This document shows positions 46,508-55,736 of a stretch of 64,000 nt of DNA, in pieces. Below the pieces are notes generated by a model. That model was given only the letters and a program-made list of their open reading frames with translations, had not been told where the DNA came from and made no database searches. The stretch covers positions 96,001-160,000 of IMG/VR virus record IMGVR_UViG_3300008117_000025; one strand, given 5' to 3'. Each line of letters starts with the position of its first letter. Position 1 is the first letter of the stretch. Source of the stretch: a virus. Both the position numbers and the translations under genes were made by a program.

Positions 46508-49138
46508 TTATTTCTTTTTTTCGTTTATGTGTTTGCGTAGTAATTCTTTAAATTCTGTTAAGTGACTTGGATTGCGGTCAAAATATTCATTTACAATATA
46601 ACGATGAATTTCTGCCAAATTACGTTGTTGTAAGGCTTGTAGTAAATTAGCAGGTGAATCTAACCTTACTAGGGTATTCTGTATAATAAGGAAATGATTA
46701 TTTCCAGGTTGGATTACAACAGATAATACATTTGTATTGTTATTTAATCGAATATTATATATAGCACTTTGTCCACTTTCATATACTTGGTTAACCCTAC
46801 CTCTTCCACCTATTAGATTTTGGCGGCGAGCAACACCTCTATTACCTACTGTAATACCTGGTAACCAGTTTCTTGGCCAGTTTCTTATTATGAAGTTAGC
46901 AGTAGTGAGAGTAGCAGGGATTCCAGCATTTTGAAAAATATCTCCTATTCCAACTTCTCCTTCTGCAGGTGCAGCGGCTTGTTGAGGACGAGGAGCATTT
47001 GGTTGTCCTGCTGGTCTACCTCTTCTTGCAATACCACCTACTTGAGCAGCTATTTGACCAGCTGCTGGTTGTCCTTGTCCTAGTAATTGTCTTGCTAATG
47101 CGCTAGGTACATTTGCTTTAACTAATTTACCTGATTGATCAGATACTTTAAAGCTATTTCTTGGATCTGCTGTGTTGATAAGTAAAGCAGTATTACCATT
47201 CATAGCTGGTTTGTATCTGTTAGTATCTGATACTGGTGGGTTGCTAGATATAAAGTCTTTTTTAGAGTTACCAATCATACTAAATCCTTGATTTCCTAAT
47301 AGTGTAGTTAAATCATTATCATTGAATGTTTGATTTGTTGCTCTTAAATAAGCAAAATAGGATCTCCATTCATTAGCATCTAGACTAGTTGAGGTATTTC
47401 TGCTTCTCCAATTATTACCACTATAATCAGCAATTGATCTTTGTTGGCGTGGATTAATAGTAGCAGGCATTAATAAAAATGCTGATCTTTCACCAGAAGC
47501 CGTTAATACTACTGATGGGATATCCCCATATTGTACTATTCTTTGGTTATAAGGAATAGCATTAATAATCGATGTTAAAGCATCTTTATCTATAGTTGCA
47601 GGAATATTTCGTTCATCATCTCTAAATAAATTTAATGCATTTTGCTGGAATGATTCGTTATCTTTAGCATCAGTAAATGCTTGTTGTACTTCTTCATTAT
47701 CAAAGGGAACTGATGTTATTTTTCCGTCTTCACCTACTTTATATGAAGAGAATGAGTTAGAATCTAATACAATTTCTCCACCTTCTACTGGTTTAACTAT
47801 TAAGGCAGAATTTTCATCCTTTTTAGCATTGTCTAATATTTTTGTAATTAAACTTCTATCAATAATTTCATCTTGAGCTAATTTCAATAGATTTCTTATA
47901 GGGATTTTATCTAGTTCTGGGTAGTCAATAAGATATTTTGATGTACGTTTGTTTAATTTGATGTTGGGGAAATCATCTTCGGCTTGGTATAATCCTATTT
48001 TAATATCATCTCCCAATTCTAATTTAACTATAGTATCACCTTCTTTATTAATATATACTCTTTCATCAGACTCTAAATACCATTTATTTAATTGAGTTAT
48101 AAGTTTTTTAACATCAAATGGAATCTTTTCTTGCGAAAGGTATTTTAAAGGAATTTCATTTTGGAGATTTGCTGTTATTGATCTTCTAATTTGATTTGGG
48201 AACTTATCTAAATTTTTCAATAAAGTAACAGAATCAATAACACCAGGGGATTCAGCTATAAATTTAGCTAATTCAGGATATTTAGGTAAATATTTTTCTA
48301 CAAATTCTTCATCACTAATATCAGAAAACAATTCATTACTTCTATTATTTTTTCTAACTACTAAGTATTGTTGTTTTGCTGAAAAGGGGAATTTAGTCCA
48401 TTCTCTATAACCTACAGATTGATTTCTGTATTGTTGGGTCATTTTTTCAGTTGAAGAAATAGGGATATACTTTAAAATAGATTTAATATTTGGTATATCT
48501 CTTAACCAAGGAACTTCACTTAACAACCCATCAAAATCCATTGGATTTGATTCGTGAGGAGAATTTTTTCTATTTGTATAAACGTATCTTTCATTTTCAT
48601 TAGTTGTTTTAGGATCTCTAACTTGAATAGCAACAAAACTTAATTTATCGCCATCTGAAAGATTATTATTTTTTGCTAGATAAAATGTTGGATAAGATCT
48701 GTATGCACTATAACGATAGCTAGGGAATGAGGATCTAGTTATACACCATTTTTCTCCATCACCGTATCTAATACAGTTATCTTGTTTACTACCATTATAT
48801 ATAACAATAGTATTATCGTCATTATGATATACAACATCTGGGGTGATATCTAGTTCTTCAACACCTTCTTCACCTTTAGTTGCAGTAACTAATCTAATGA
48901 ATTTAGCTATAGACCATTTATTTAAATCTCTTTGATCGCTAGGTAATTTTTCCTTAATACGATCAAAAGTATTGATATATGCTCTTAATTGGTCATCTGT
49001 GATTTGAATATTAAGATCATCAGCTTCTTCTTGGAATCTTTTAATAAAACCTTTTATAGCGTTTTCGCCATAAGCTTCATTAAGCTCATTTTTCCAATTG
49101 TGTACAACGTGTAATATAAATCTATCTATATTTCTCAT
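46508..49138 (-). CDS. 876-aa putative head-internal protein with a CxxYGxGxxWCI domain
   Basis: NCIRYGDGEKWCIT...YPTFY; same domain occurs twice in 51660..55736. Confidence 0.8.
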   Translation of the reverse strand: MRNIDRFILHVVHNWKNELNEAYGENAIKGFIKRFQEEADDLNIQITDDQLRAYINTFDRIKEKLPSDQRDLNKWSIAKFIRLVTATKGEEGVEELDITPDVVYHNDDNTIVIYNGSKQDNCIRYGDGEKWCITRSSFPSYRYSAYRSYPTFYLAKNNNLSDGDKLSFVAIQVRDPKTTNENERYVYTNRKNSPHESNPMDFDGLLSEVPWLRDIPNIKSILKYIPISSTEKMTQQYRNQSVGYREWTKFPFSAKQQYLVVRKNNRSNELFSDISDEEFVEKYLPKYPELAKFIAESPGVIDSVTLLKNLDKFPNQIRRSITANLQNEIPLKYLSQEKIPFDVKKLITQLNKWYLESDERVYINKEGDTIVKLELGDDIKIGLYQAEDDFPNIKLNKRTSKYLIDYPELDKIPIRNLLKLAQDEIIDRSLITKILDNAKKDENSALIVKPVEGGEIVLDSNSFSSYKVGEDGKITSVPFDNEEVQQAFTDAKDNESFQQNALNLFRDDERNIPATIDKDALTSIINAIPYNQRIVQYGDIPSVVLTASGERSAFLLMPATINPRQQRSIADYSGNNWRSRNTSTSLDANEWRSYFAYLRATNQTFNDNDLTTLLGNQGFSMIGNSKKDFISSNPPVSDTNRYKPAMNGNTALLINTADPRNSFKVSDQSGKLVKANVPSALARQLLGQGQPAAGQIAAQVGGIARRGRPAGQPNAPRPQQAAAPAEGEVGIGDIFQNAGIPATLTTANFIIRNWPRNWLPGITVGNRGVARRQNLIGGRGRVNQVYESGQSAIYNIRLNNNTNVLSVVIQPGNNHFLIIQNTLVRLDSPANLLQALQQRNLAEIHRYIVNEYFDRNPSHLTEFKELLRKHINEKKK

Positions 49139-49536
49139 TACTTTGTTTTACCCCATTTTTTACCCTTACCAGGATCTGAACATTGTGAAGGTGTTGGGCG
49201 GCAGGAAGGGTATTTTGCTCGCGTTTCACCTTTTTTACGGCCACAAGGTTTACATTTTTTCTTACCGTCTACCTCGCGACATGTATTACAATCAACCCAA
49301 CCTCCTGTTTTACCAGGTGCACCTTTGCGTTTAAACCAAGTGCGAAGGGTTTCTTTTTTTTTCTCGTCTAATTGATCAATAAGTTCTTCTTTTAATCCTT
49401 TCCAAATATTACCTTTACGGCAACGTACAATAGCACCTGACTTATAGGCAGATGGCTTATCATATTTGCGATCGGCAATTCGTTTGCAACGATCTTCGTT
49501 AAGAATTTCTTTCGCTATGTCGGTTAATTTGATCAC
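49138..49536 (-). CDS. Basic Cys-rich protein (GTG start) with MIKLTDIAKEILNE leader
   Basis: CKRIADRKY...SAYKSGAIVRCR, LRTWF, CGRK...YPSCRP. Confidence 0.75.
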   Translation of the reverse strand: MIKLTDIAKEILNEDRCKRIADRKYDKPSAYKSGAIVRCRKGNIWKGLKEELIDQLDEKKKETLRTWFKRKGAPGKTGGWVDCNTCREVDGKKKCKPCGRKKGETRAKYPSCRPTPSQCSDPGKGKKWGKTK

Positions 49537-49539
49537 TTT

Positions 49540-50010
49540 TTATATATTAAAAAAATATAATAATTGATTTTTCCCATTAATTTTGACCATCTCTAAATTA
49601 TCTGTTGTTCCTGTATATCCTGCATTCATCATTGTATTGATGTTGTTCATGTTTCCTTTATATGCATCCTGTACACCTCTTATAAAATAGGATTCAACAA
49701 AATTATCTTGAAAATCTTCATGTTTAGGATGCCAATCTATAGCATCTTTATATAATTCATGAAGTATTTTAGGATTATTATCTAAAAAAACTATATATTC
49801 TACATCATTAGTTAATACCTTGTATGGTTTATTATCCCAATTCCACTCAGAAATCCATTCATCTTCATTTTCATCTTCATCATACCCTATTAGATGTCCT
49901 AAATCTTGAACAATTAATTGTTTTAATATAGAAGATACCTCTGAATTTTGTTGAAGTTGTCCTGTGGGGGATATTTCAAGTTCTTTTAATATGTCTAATA
50001 ATTTAATCAT
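49540..50010 (-). CDS. Hypothetical protein; likely start MIKLLDILKE at 50010
   Basis: Leader motif sits right after the upstream stop. Confidence 0.7.
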   Translation of the reverse strand: MIKLLDILKELEISPTGQLQQNSEVSSILKQLIVQDLGHLIGYDEDENEDEWISEWNWDNKPYKVLTNDVEYIVFLDNNPKILHELYKDAIDWHPKHEDFQDNFVESYFIRGVQDAYKGNMNNINTMMNAGYTGTTDNLEMVKINGKNQLLYFFNI

Positions 50011-50011
50011 A

Positions 50012-50389
50012 TTACCATTTTCTGCAAGACCAATATCTTGCTTTTGTACGTGGTCCTGGGTTGGCACAGTTATGTCTTGCTCTAAAGGCAGCGCGGCGTT
50101 TAGGATTATTTTTCTTAATGTTCATTCCCTTAGCACCAAAGTTTACTTTTACAACTTTACCTGTTTTAGGGTTTTTAACATATACCTTAAACTTTTTAGA
50201 ATCACCACGCATTGGTTTACCTAATGGTACAGTACGACCTTGATACTTAGCTTCTAACATGCAATCGCAATCAGCTTCGTTAAGTTCGTTTTGATATTCT
50301 TCCATGAATTGAACAAATTCTAAAATGTCTTGTTCATTTTCAACGTCGTACTCTTCTACTTCGTCTATTATTTCTAATAACTTAATCAT
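50012..50389 (-). CDS. Basic domain behind an acidic leader
   Basis: MIKLLEIIDE...MLEAKYQGR...KKFKVYV...FRARHNC...ARYWSCRKW. Confidence 0.8.
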   Translation of the reverse strand: MIKLLEIIDEVEEYDVENEQDILEFVQFMEEYQNELNEADCDCMLEAKYQGRTVPLGKPMRGDSKKFKVYVKNPKTGKVVKVNFGAKGMNIKKNNPKRRAAFRARHNCANPGPRTKARYWSCRKW

Positions 50390-50493
50390 TTGAATTGATT
50401 TAATATCTTGTTATTTTGATCGATTCTTTTTTTATGTTTAAGACCGTTTTTTCTTGATTTCATTGGTCTTTTTTTAGGTGCTGCGTTTGCCAT
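50386..50493 (-). CDS. Small basic peptide, 35 aa (below the ORF-track cutoff)
   Basis: MANAAPKKRPMKSRKNGLKHKKRIDQNNKILNQFK; ATGA overlap with the next gene. Confidence 0.65.
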   Translation of the reverse strand: MANAAPKKRPMKSRKNGLKHKKRIDQNNKILNQFK

Positions 50494-50498
50494 AGTTT

Positions 50499-50732
50499 TT
50501 ATTTTGAATGCCACCAATTACAACAATATTCGTCGGCAGCGACAGGTATTTTAGCATTACCATCACGCCACTGTAACCAATATTTGTTATTGCATAAATT
50601 GCCCTTTTCAACCCAATATTCACAGTTACCACACATTGAACCACCTTTAGTTACTTTCATACCGGGTTTATGATCTGAAGGGTATTCAATTTTACCTTCT
50701 TGGAGTTTAAGTAATTCAAGTAGGCTATGCAT
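50499..50732 (-). CDS. Small Cys/Trp protein with a HiPIP-like cysteine pattern
   Basis: CGNCEYW...LCNN...YCCNWW. Confidence 0.65.
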   Translation of the reverse strand: MHSLLELLKLQEGKIEYPSDHKPGMKVTKGGSMCGNCEYWVEKGNLCNNKYWLQWRDGNAKIPVAADEYCCNWWHSK

Positions 50733-51025
50733 TATTTTACTTTTTTAAGTTTATCATTTTCTTGAGTGAGAAAATCAACCTTAATGCGCAACTCAGCTAC
50801 TTCGGAAGTCAATTTAAGGATCAAATTGCGTAAATCATCTTTTTCAGATGCTGATTCTTCAAGCAATGCTTCTAATTTGGCAATGCGTTCTTTGCAATCA
50901 TGGCGAATAAAATCTTCGTCTTTTTCCTTGTGAATTGCCCTTCTTTCATAATAGCGAAAAGCTGATGTACTTCCCAAAACCGTAATTGCAGTGATTAACA
51001 CTGTCCACAGATTGCTATTTTCCAT
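50732..51025 (-). CDS. Single-TM coiled-coil protein (holin-like possible)
   Basis: LWTVLITAITVLGS helix followed by a coiled coil. Confidence 0.6.
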   Translation of the reverse strand: MENSNLWTVLITAITVLGSTSAFRYYERRAIHKEKDEDFIRHDCKERIAKLEALLEESASEKDDLRNLILKLTSEVAELRIKVDFLTQENDKLKKVK

Positions 51026-51063
51026 CGTAATTTATAAGTTGATTTTATTAGTAAATCATTACC

Positions 51064-51071
51064 TATAAATA
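51064..51071 (-). promoter_or_regulatory. Putative late-promoter motif TATTTATA
   Basis: Abuts the upstream TAA. Confidence 0.5.
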
Positions 51072-51656
51072 TTAAGATCCGATGTGTTCTTTAAGTTTTT
51101 GGATATATTCCTGTAATTCTGCGGTTATTTTTTGCTTGTCTATACCTTTACCTGCCCATTTCTCAACGTCACCCTGTTCAGTTACGAAACCTTCATTACT
51201 ATCTTCTAATGCTATTTCTAGTACAAATTGTTCTAATTCGTCAATGTGTGTTTTAATACCTCGTGTTGTTAAACTACGAGCATATTCTTCGAATTGTCCT
51301 GTGCGTTTTAATTCAGTTTCCATTTCAACAACACAATTAAAACACATTTTGTGTAAAGGCCACATTTTTTTATTTAAGGTGTGGTTTTTCATTGCTTTGT
51401 CACATTTAGGACAAGTTAGTGGTATATTGAGTGCTTCTTTTAATTTATCAAAGCGAGTAACGGTTTGTTTGATACCGTTTTTAATAGTCCATTGTTTACC
51501 CTTTTCTTCCCATACATCACCTTCCTTATGTTCTACTTGTGATTTAGTATAACCAACTTGAGTAACTGTTTTAGCAGTATAATCTTTAGTAATAATATTG
51601 CGCATGCGCTGTACATCGCGATCTTTAAACTCGCGTTTCAACATGTTGTCACTCAT
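51072..51656 (-). CDS. Hypothetical Zn-ribbon protein
   Basis: CPKC...CFNC. Confidence 0.75.
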   Translation of the reverse strand: MSDNMLKREFKDRDVQRMRNIITKDYTAKTVTQVGYTKSQVEHKEGDVWEEKGKQWTIKNGIKQTVTRFDKLKEALNIPLTCPKCDKAMKNHTLNKKMWPLHKMCFNCVVEMETELKRTGQFEEYARSLTTRGIKTHIDELEQFVLEIALEDSNEGFVTEQGDVEKWAGKGIDKQKITAELQEYIQKLKEHIGS

Positions 51657-51659
51657 AAC

Positions 51660-54600
51660 TTATTGATATATCTCGTTGTTTTGTTTGCCAAAATCTCTTA
51701 ATAATATTCCTGCTTTAGCGTTTGCTTCGTTTTCAATTTCACTACCTGTTTTTCCACTTTCATAACTAATTCGTCCGTCTAAATTTTGTTTATGATGAAC
51801 TAATTCATGTGCTAATGTTCTTAATATATCAGCCATGTTTCTATTCTTCACATAAACCCATATTTTATTATCATTCGGATCAAAATAACCAAAACTGCGT
51901 CTGTCTTTTACTTGATTAGTATCGTAGGAGAGGGTTAAGCTACGAGGAGGATTCTGGATTGCCAAATTTTTGCATGCATATTTTATAAATTCTCCAATAG
52001 TACCTGTTTCACTTTCGTCTAAACGTTGTAATTTAGATTTTAAACCTTCATTCATTAATTTTATTTTAGCTAATTCTTTTCTATATTCGTCTACTAATTG
52101 TTTAACTTCTTCCATATATTCTTTTAAAAGGCCTAATTCTTCAGAATTTATATTCCAATCATTAAGAACATCTTTTAATGTAATTCCAGGAGGAGCAAGA
52201 CTCATTAAAATATTATCAGCAAATTTTTTATATTCATCTTTTATATCGCTTCCTGCTTTTACAATTCGGTTTTGTGATATATAAGAGGTTGCATATCTGT
52301 CCTCTTTTTTTACATATTTAAGTGTAGCTATAATTTTGTAAGATTTTATTTTACCACTTAAAATATCATCAATTTTATTATCAGCAGTTTTAATATATCT
52401 AAAAACATATTGTTTATCCCGAAATCCTTCTTGATAATTTTTACCATTCTTATAATCGTAACTATCATTAAGATTACCTAATAAACTATTGTATTTTTTA
52501 TCTAATTCATATTCTGCTTTTTCTTTAGGATCTACTTCTACATCTTTAAATATATTTTTTAAACCTTTAAGTCTAGGATACTTATCTTCTATATTCTTAA
52601 AGAAAGAATAGAAATCTTCCCCCGGATTATCAGCTGTTGTTACAGTGTAATGGTCTATCCCATTATCTGAATACATATTATAGTTAGCATCAACGAATTC
52701 CCCATTTGGGTCAGGATGGACAAATATTACTAATAGATGTGTTATATCTACAAAATTTCCATTTTTATCTTGTTCAGATGATTTTGTATCATCAAATACA
52801 AAGTATGGTGTGCCACTTTCTTCATATCTATAATCATAATATAAATTATCATCACCACGAGCTGAAATACAAAATGAATAGCCATTGCCATATTTAATAC
52901 AGGCATTTTTAGTTTTACCTACATATATTCTTAATCCGTTTTGGTTATAAACTAGATTAGCATCTTTACTAGGTTCACCATCATTTATTTTACCTGCCTT
53001 AATACGCTTTGGTTGATTAGCATCAACTGTAGTTTCTAAATCTTTCCAGTTATATTTAGTAATATCTTTTTCAGTTACTCTAGGACTATCCTTAATTTGA
53101 CTAAAGCGATTAATATATGATTGAATAATATTTACTCCTAAATTAGGTTTTTCTTGTTGAAATTTAGCAGTTAAATCATTAACTAATTTGTTAGAATATT
53201 CATTGATAGAAGTTTCATTTATTAATTTTAACTTAAGTATTTCTCTATCATATTTGTTTGATATTTCAATATAGGTTGATAAAATTTCTTCATGTTCATC
53301 ATCGAGGGGTACCAATTTATATTCTAACTTTGGTGTTAGGTTTAATTTTTTTACATTATCAATCCAACCACTTATATTTTTTTCAAATTCTTTTTCATTT
53401 TTAGCAACTGCATAATTTTTTTGAATAGTCATATATGGATTTAGTTGTCCGTTTTTTTTATCATAAGCTAATAATCGGTAAAAATATAATTGTAGTTCTC
53501 CTTTTAATAATTTAGTTGCTGTAGATTTACCACTCTTAGTATCTTTACCACTTATAATACTCAATGCTGGGTATTCATCAAGAAGATTATCTAGTTTTTT
53601 TTCTTTTTGTCGTTCAAGATTATATATTTTAACATCAATATCACTATCCCCTATAGGTTTATATTGTAATATATTTTTTAATCCATTAAGTTGGGGATAT
53701 ACTTCTGCCATTTCTTCAAAAGTACTAAAAAGCTCTTCACCAGCATTGTTTGCTTCTGTAACAGAAAATGCTTCTCCTTCCTCAACCAATATTACCAATA
53801 AATGAGTAGGATCTATAAAACCATTTTTACCTTTATCACTAGATCTACTATCATCAAATACAAAATATATAGATGCTGGGCCTGACTCTTCATATGATCC
53901 TTCTTCTGATCCTACTCTGTATCGAGCATATAAATTTCTTGAACCACGAGCTGAAATGCAGAAACTATATCCATTACCATACTTTATACAGGATTTTTTA
54001 GATCCACCTTCATATACCCTAATATTATTTTGATTATATAGTAACTCAGCGTTAGTAACATCTCCATCATTTAATTTACCTGCTTTAATACGTTTTGATT
54101 GTAGATTATCTTTTATTGTATCTTCTAAATCACTCCATGAATATTGAAAAATATCACGTTTATTTGCAGATAAATTATTTTTAATCTGATCAAAACGTTT
54201 AATATATTCTTTTACCTGTTCAGTCGATAGTTCAGGATTTTCTTGTGTGAATTTGTCTGTTAGTTGGCTAATAACCTTTTCAGAATATTCTTTTAATGGT
54301 TCAGCAGGTGGTTGTTCAGCAGGAGCCGGTTCTGGTTTGGGTTCTTCTTTAGATTCTTTACCCATTGCTAATAGGAAATCAGCTACTTCAACACCATCAG
54401 GTAAGAATTTTTTAATTTCTTCCTCATTACCATCGCGTATTGCTTTTCTAAGATCAGTAGCATTTAAACCACCAAAATTACCAGCATCGAATATTTTTGC
54501 GTTAGAATATTTACTTAAATTTTTATATCTATCTTCTTCACCTTTACCATAAGCAGCATATACTGTTACCTCAGGATTATTTTCTACAAAATCATATACA

Positions 54601-55736
54601 TCTTTAACAGGTGTAACAGCTGATACTCTTATTTCTACTTTATCACCGTCTACTAATTGGTCTTTGTATAATTCCCAAGCAGCAACACTCTCATCAGGTG
54701 AAATACCATCATGTATTTTAGGTGAAACTAATACTACTACTTGATCTGCTTTATTAAGTAATTGTTTTACTACACTAAAGTGACCTTTATGTGGTGGTTT
54801 GAATTTGCCTGGAAATAGTGCTATTGTTGTTTCACTTTGTTCAAGTAGCAATGATGCAATGTATCTACCTAGGTTAGTTTCACTTAGCATTGAATTTACT
54901 TTATCTAATGATTTTTGTTTATTATCGCCTTTTGGCGTATTTACTTCACCACTTTTAATAGATACCATCGAGTTAAAAACGCCTTTAATGCGGTTTTTAG
55001 AGCGTGGATTTTGTACCTTAGATGATATATTATTTAACAGTTCCTCGAAGCTACCGTCTATTTTGTAGTTGGTAAATAGCTTTTTGATATTAGACCAATT
55101 GCTAGTTTTCCATACTTCGGTACGATCAGTTTCTTTAAAATTATCTAACGTTACGATACGTAATGTTAAACCGGCGCTTGATAAGTTAAATTCATATTCT
55201 TGATTTGCTTCTAGTACAGGTACATTTTTTATACCCATACGAGCAAATATTGATTTAGGATCTTCCTCTAGACATATTACCTTAGCTAATCCTAATAATA
55301 GTCCTTGTATTTCAGCAGGATAATCTAAAAATTCTTTCTTGAATTCAGCTTCATCATCACTAACAGAAACAATATTATCTATTTGAACGTATTGATCTGG
55401 TTGGTCTTCTATAGGATATAGTATGGTAATAATTTCACCTGTGTTGAGGTATTTTTTACCTTTATATTTTTCACTTTTAAAGGGAATAATAACGTCGTCT
55501 GGTAGTGCTGATAGGAATTTAGCTAGCTCTACTTTAATATTTTTCTTGTCTGTTGCTTCTAAATTAACAATTAAGTCAATATCACCAAAATCTTCTTTAG
55601 CGCTTGTATTATATGAACCTGAAATTTTAGCACTTTTAAAAGCAGGAAATTTCTTTAATATCCTGTTGATATAATTATCTGTTGTTTTAGCAACAGAAGC
55701 TCTAGTAATCCTATTTCCACCGGCTGATCCTGACAT
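51660..55736 (-). CDS. 1358-aa multi-domain protein: Pol-beta nucleotidyltransferase, HIGH-family nucleotidyltransferase, two CxxYG repeat domains, HExxH zincin
   Basis: ISGSY...GDIDL; FPGKFKPPHKGH...ATDLR; 2x CIKYGNGYSFCISARG; RTLAHELVHHKQ. Confidence 0.8.
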   Translation of the reverse strand: MSGSAGGNRITRASVAKTTDNYINRILKKFPAFKSAKISGSYNTSAKEDFGDIDLIVNLEATDKKNIKVELAKFLSALPDDVIIPFKSEKYKGKKYLNTGEIITILYPIEDQPDQYVQIDNIVSVSDDEAEFKKEFLDYPAEIQGLLLGLAKVICLEEDPKSIFARMGIKNVPVLEANQEYEFNLSSAGLTLRIVTLDNFKETDRTEVWKTSNWSNIKKLFTNYKIDGSFEELLNNISSKVQNPRSKNRIKGVFNSMVSIKSGEVNTPKGDNKQKSLDKVNSMLSETNLGRYIASLLLEQSETTIALFPGKFKPPHKGHFSVVKQLLNKADQVVVLVSPKIHDGISPDESVAAWELYKDQLVDGDKVEIRVSAVTPVKDVYDFVENNPEVTVYAAYGKGEEDRYKNLSKYSNAKIFDAGNFGGLNATDLRKAIRDGNEEEIKKFLPDGVEVADFLLAMGKESKEEPKPEPAPAEQPPAEPLKEYSEKVISQLTDKFTQENPELSTEQVKEYIKRFDQIKNNLSANKRDIFQYSWSDLEDTIKDNLQSKRIKAGKLNDGDVTNAELLYNQNNIRVYEGGSKKSCIKYGNGYSFCISARGSRNLYARYRVGSEEGSYEESGPASIYFVFDDSRSSDKGKNGFIDPTHLLVILVEEGEAFSVTEANNAGEELFSTFEEMAEVYPQLNGLKNILQYKPIGDSDIDVKIYNLERQKEKKLDNLLDEYPALSIISGKDTKSGKSTATKLLKGELQLYFYRLLAYDKKNGQLNPYMTIQKNYAVAKNEKEFEKNISGWIDNVKKLNLTPKLEYKLVPLDDEHEEILSTYIEISNKYDREILKLKLINETSINEYSNKLVNDLTAKFQQEKPNLGVNIIQSYINRFSQIKDSPRVTEKDITKYNWKDLETTVDANQPKRIKAGKINDGEPSKDANLVYNQNGLRIYVGKTKNACIKYGNGYSFCISARGDDNLYYDYRYEESGTPYFVFDDTKSSEQDKNGNFVDITHLLVIFVHPDPNGEFVDANYNMYSDNGIDHYTVTTADNPGEDFYSFFKNIEDKYPRLKGLKNIFKDVEVDPKEKAEYELDKKYNSLLGNLNDSYDYKNGKNYQEGFRDKQYVFRYIKTADNKIDDILSGKIKSYKIIATLKYVKKEDRYATSYISQNRIVKAGSDIKDEYKKFADNILMSLAPPGITLKDVLNDWNINSEELGLLKEYMEEVKQLVDEYRKELAKIKLMNEGLKSKLQRLDESETGTIGEFIKYACKNLAIQNPPRSLTLSYDTNQVKDRRSFGYFDPNDNKIWVYVKNRNMADILRTLAHELVHHKQNLDGRISYESGKTGSEIENEANAKAGILLRDFGKQNNEIYQ

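Noticed and set aside
27725-50067. ORF-track N-terminal extensions (28927, 37951, 39605, 43986, 45258, 50067)
   Set aside because: They run through promoter motifs, terminators or upstream genes; downstream ATGs at 28843, 37891, 39587, 43821, 45210 and 50010 fit the context better.
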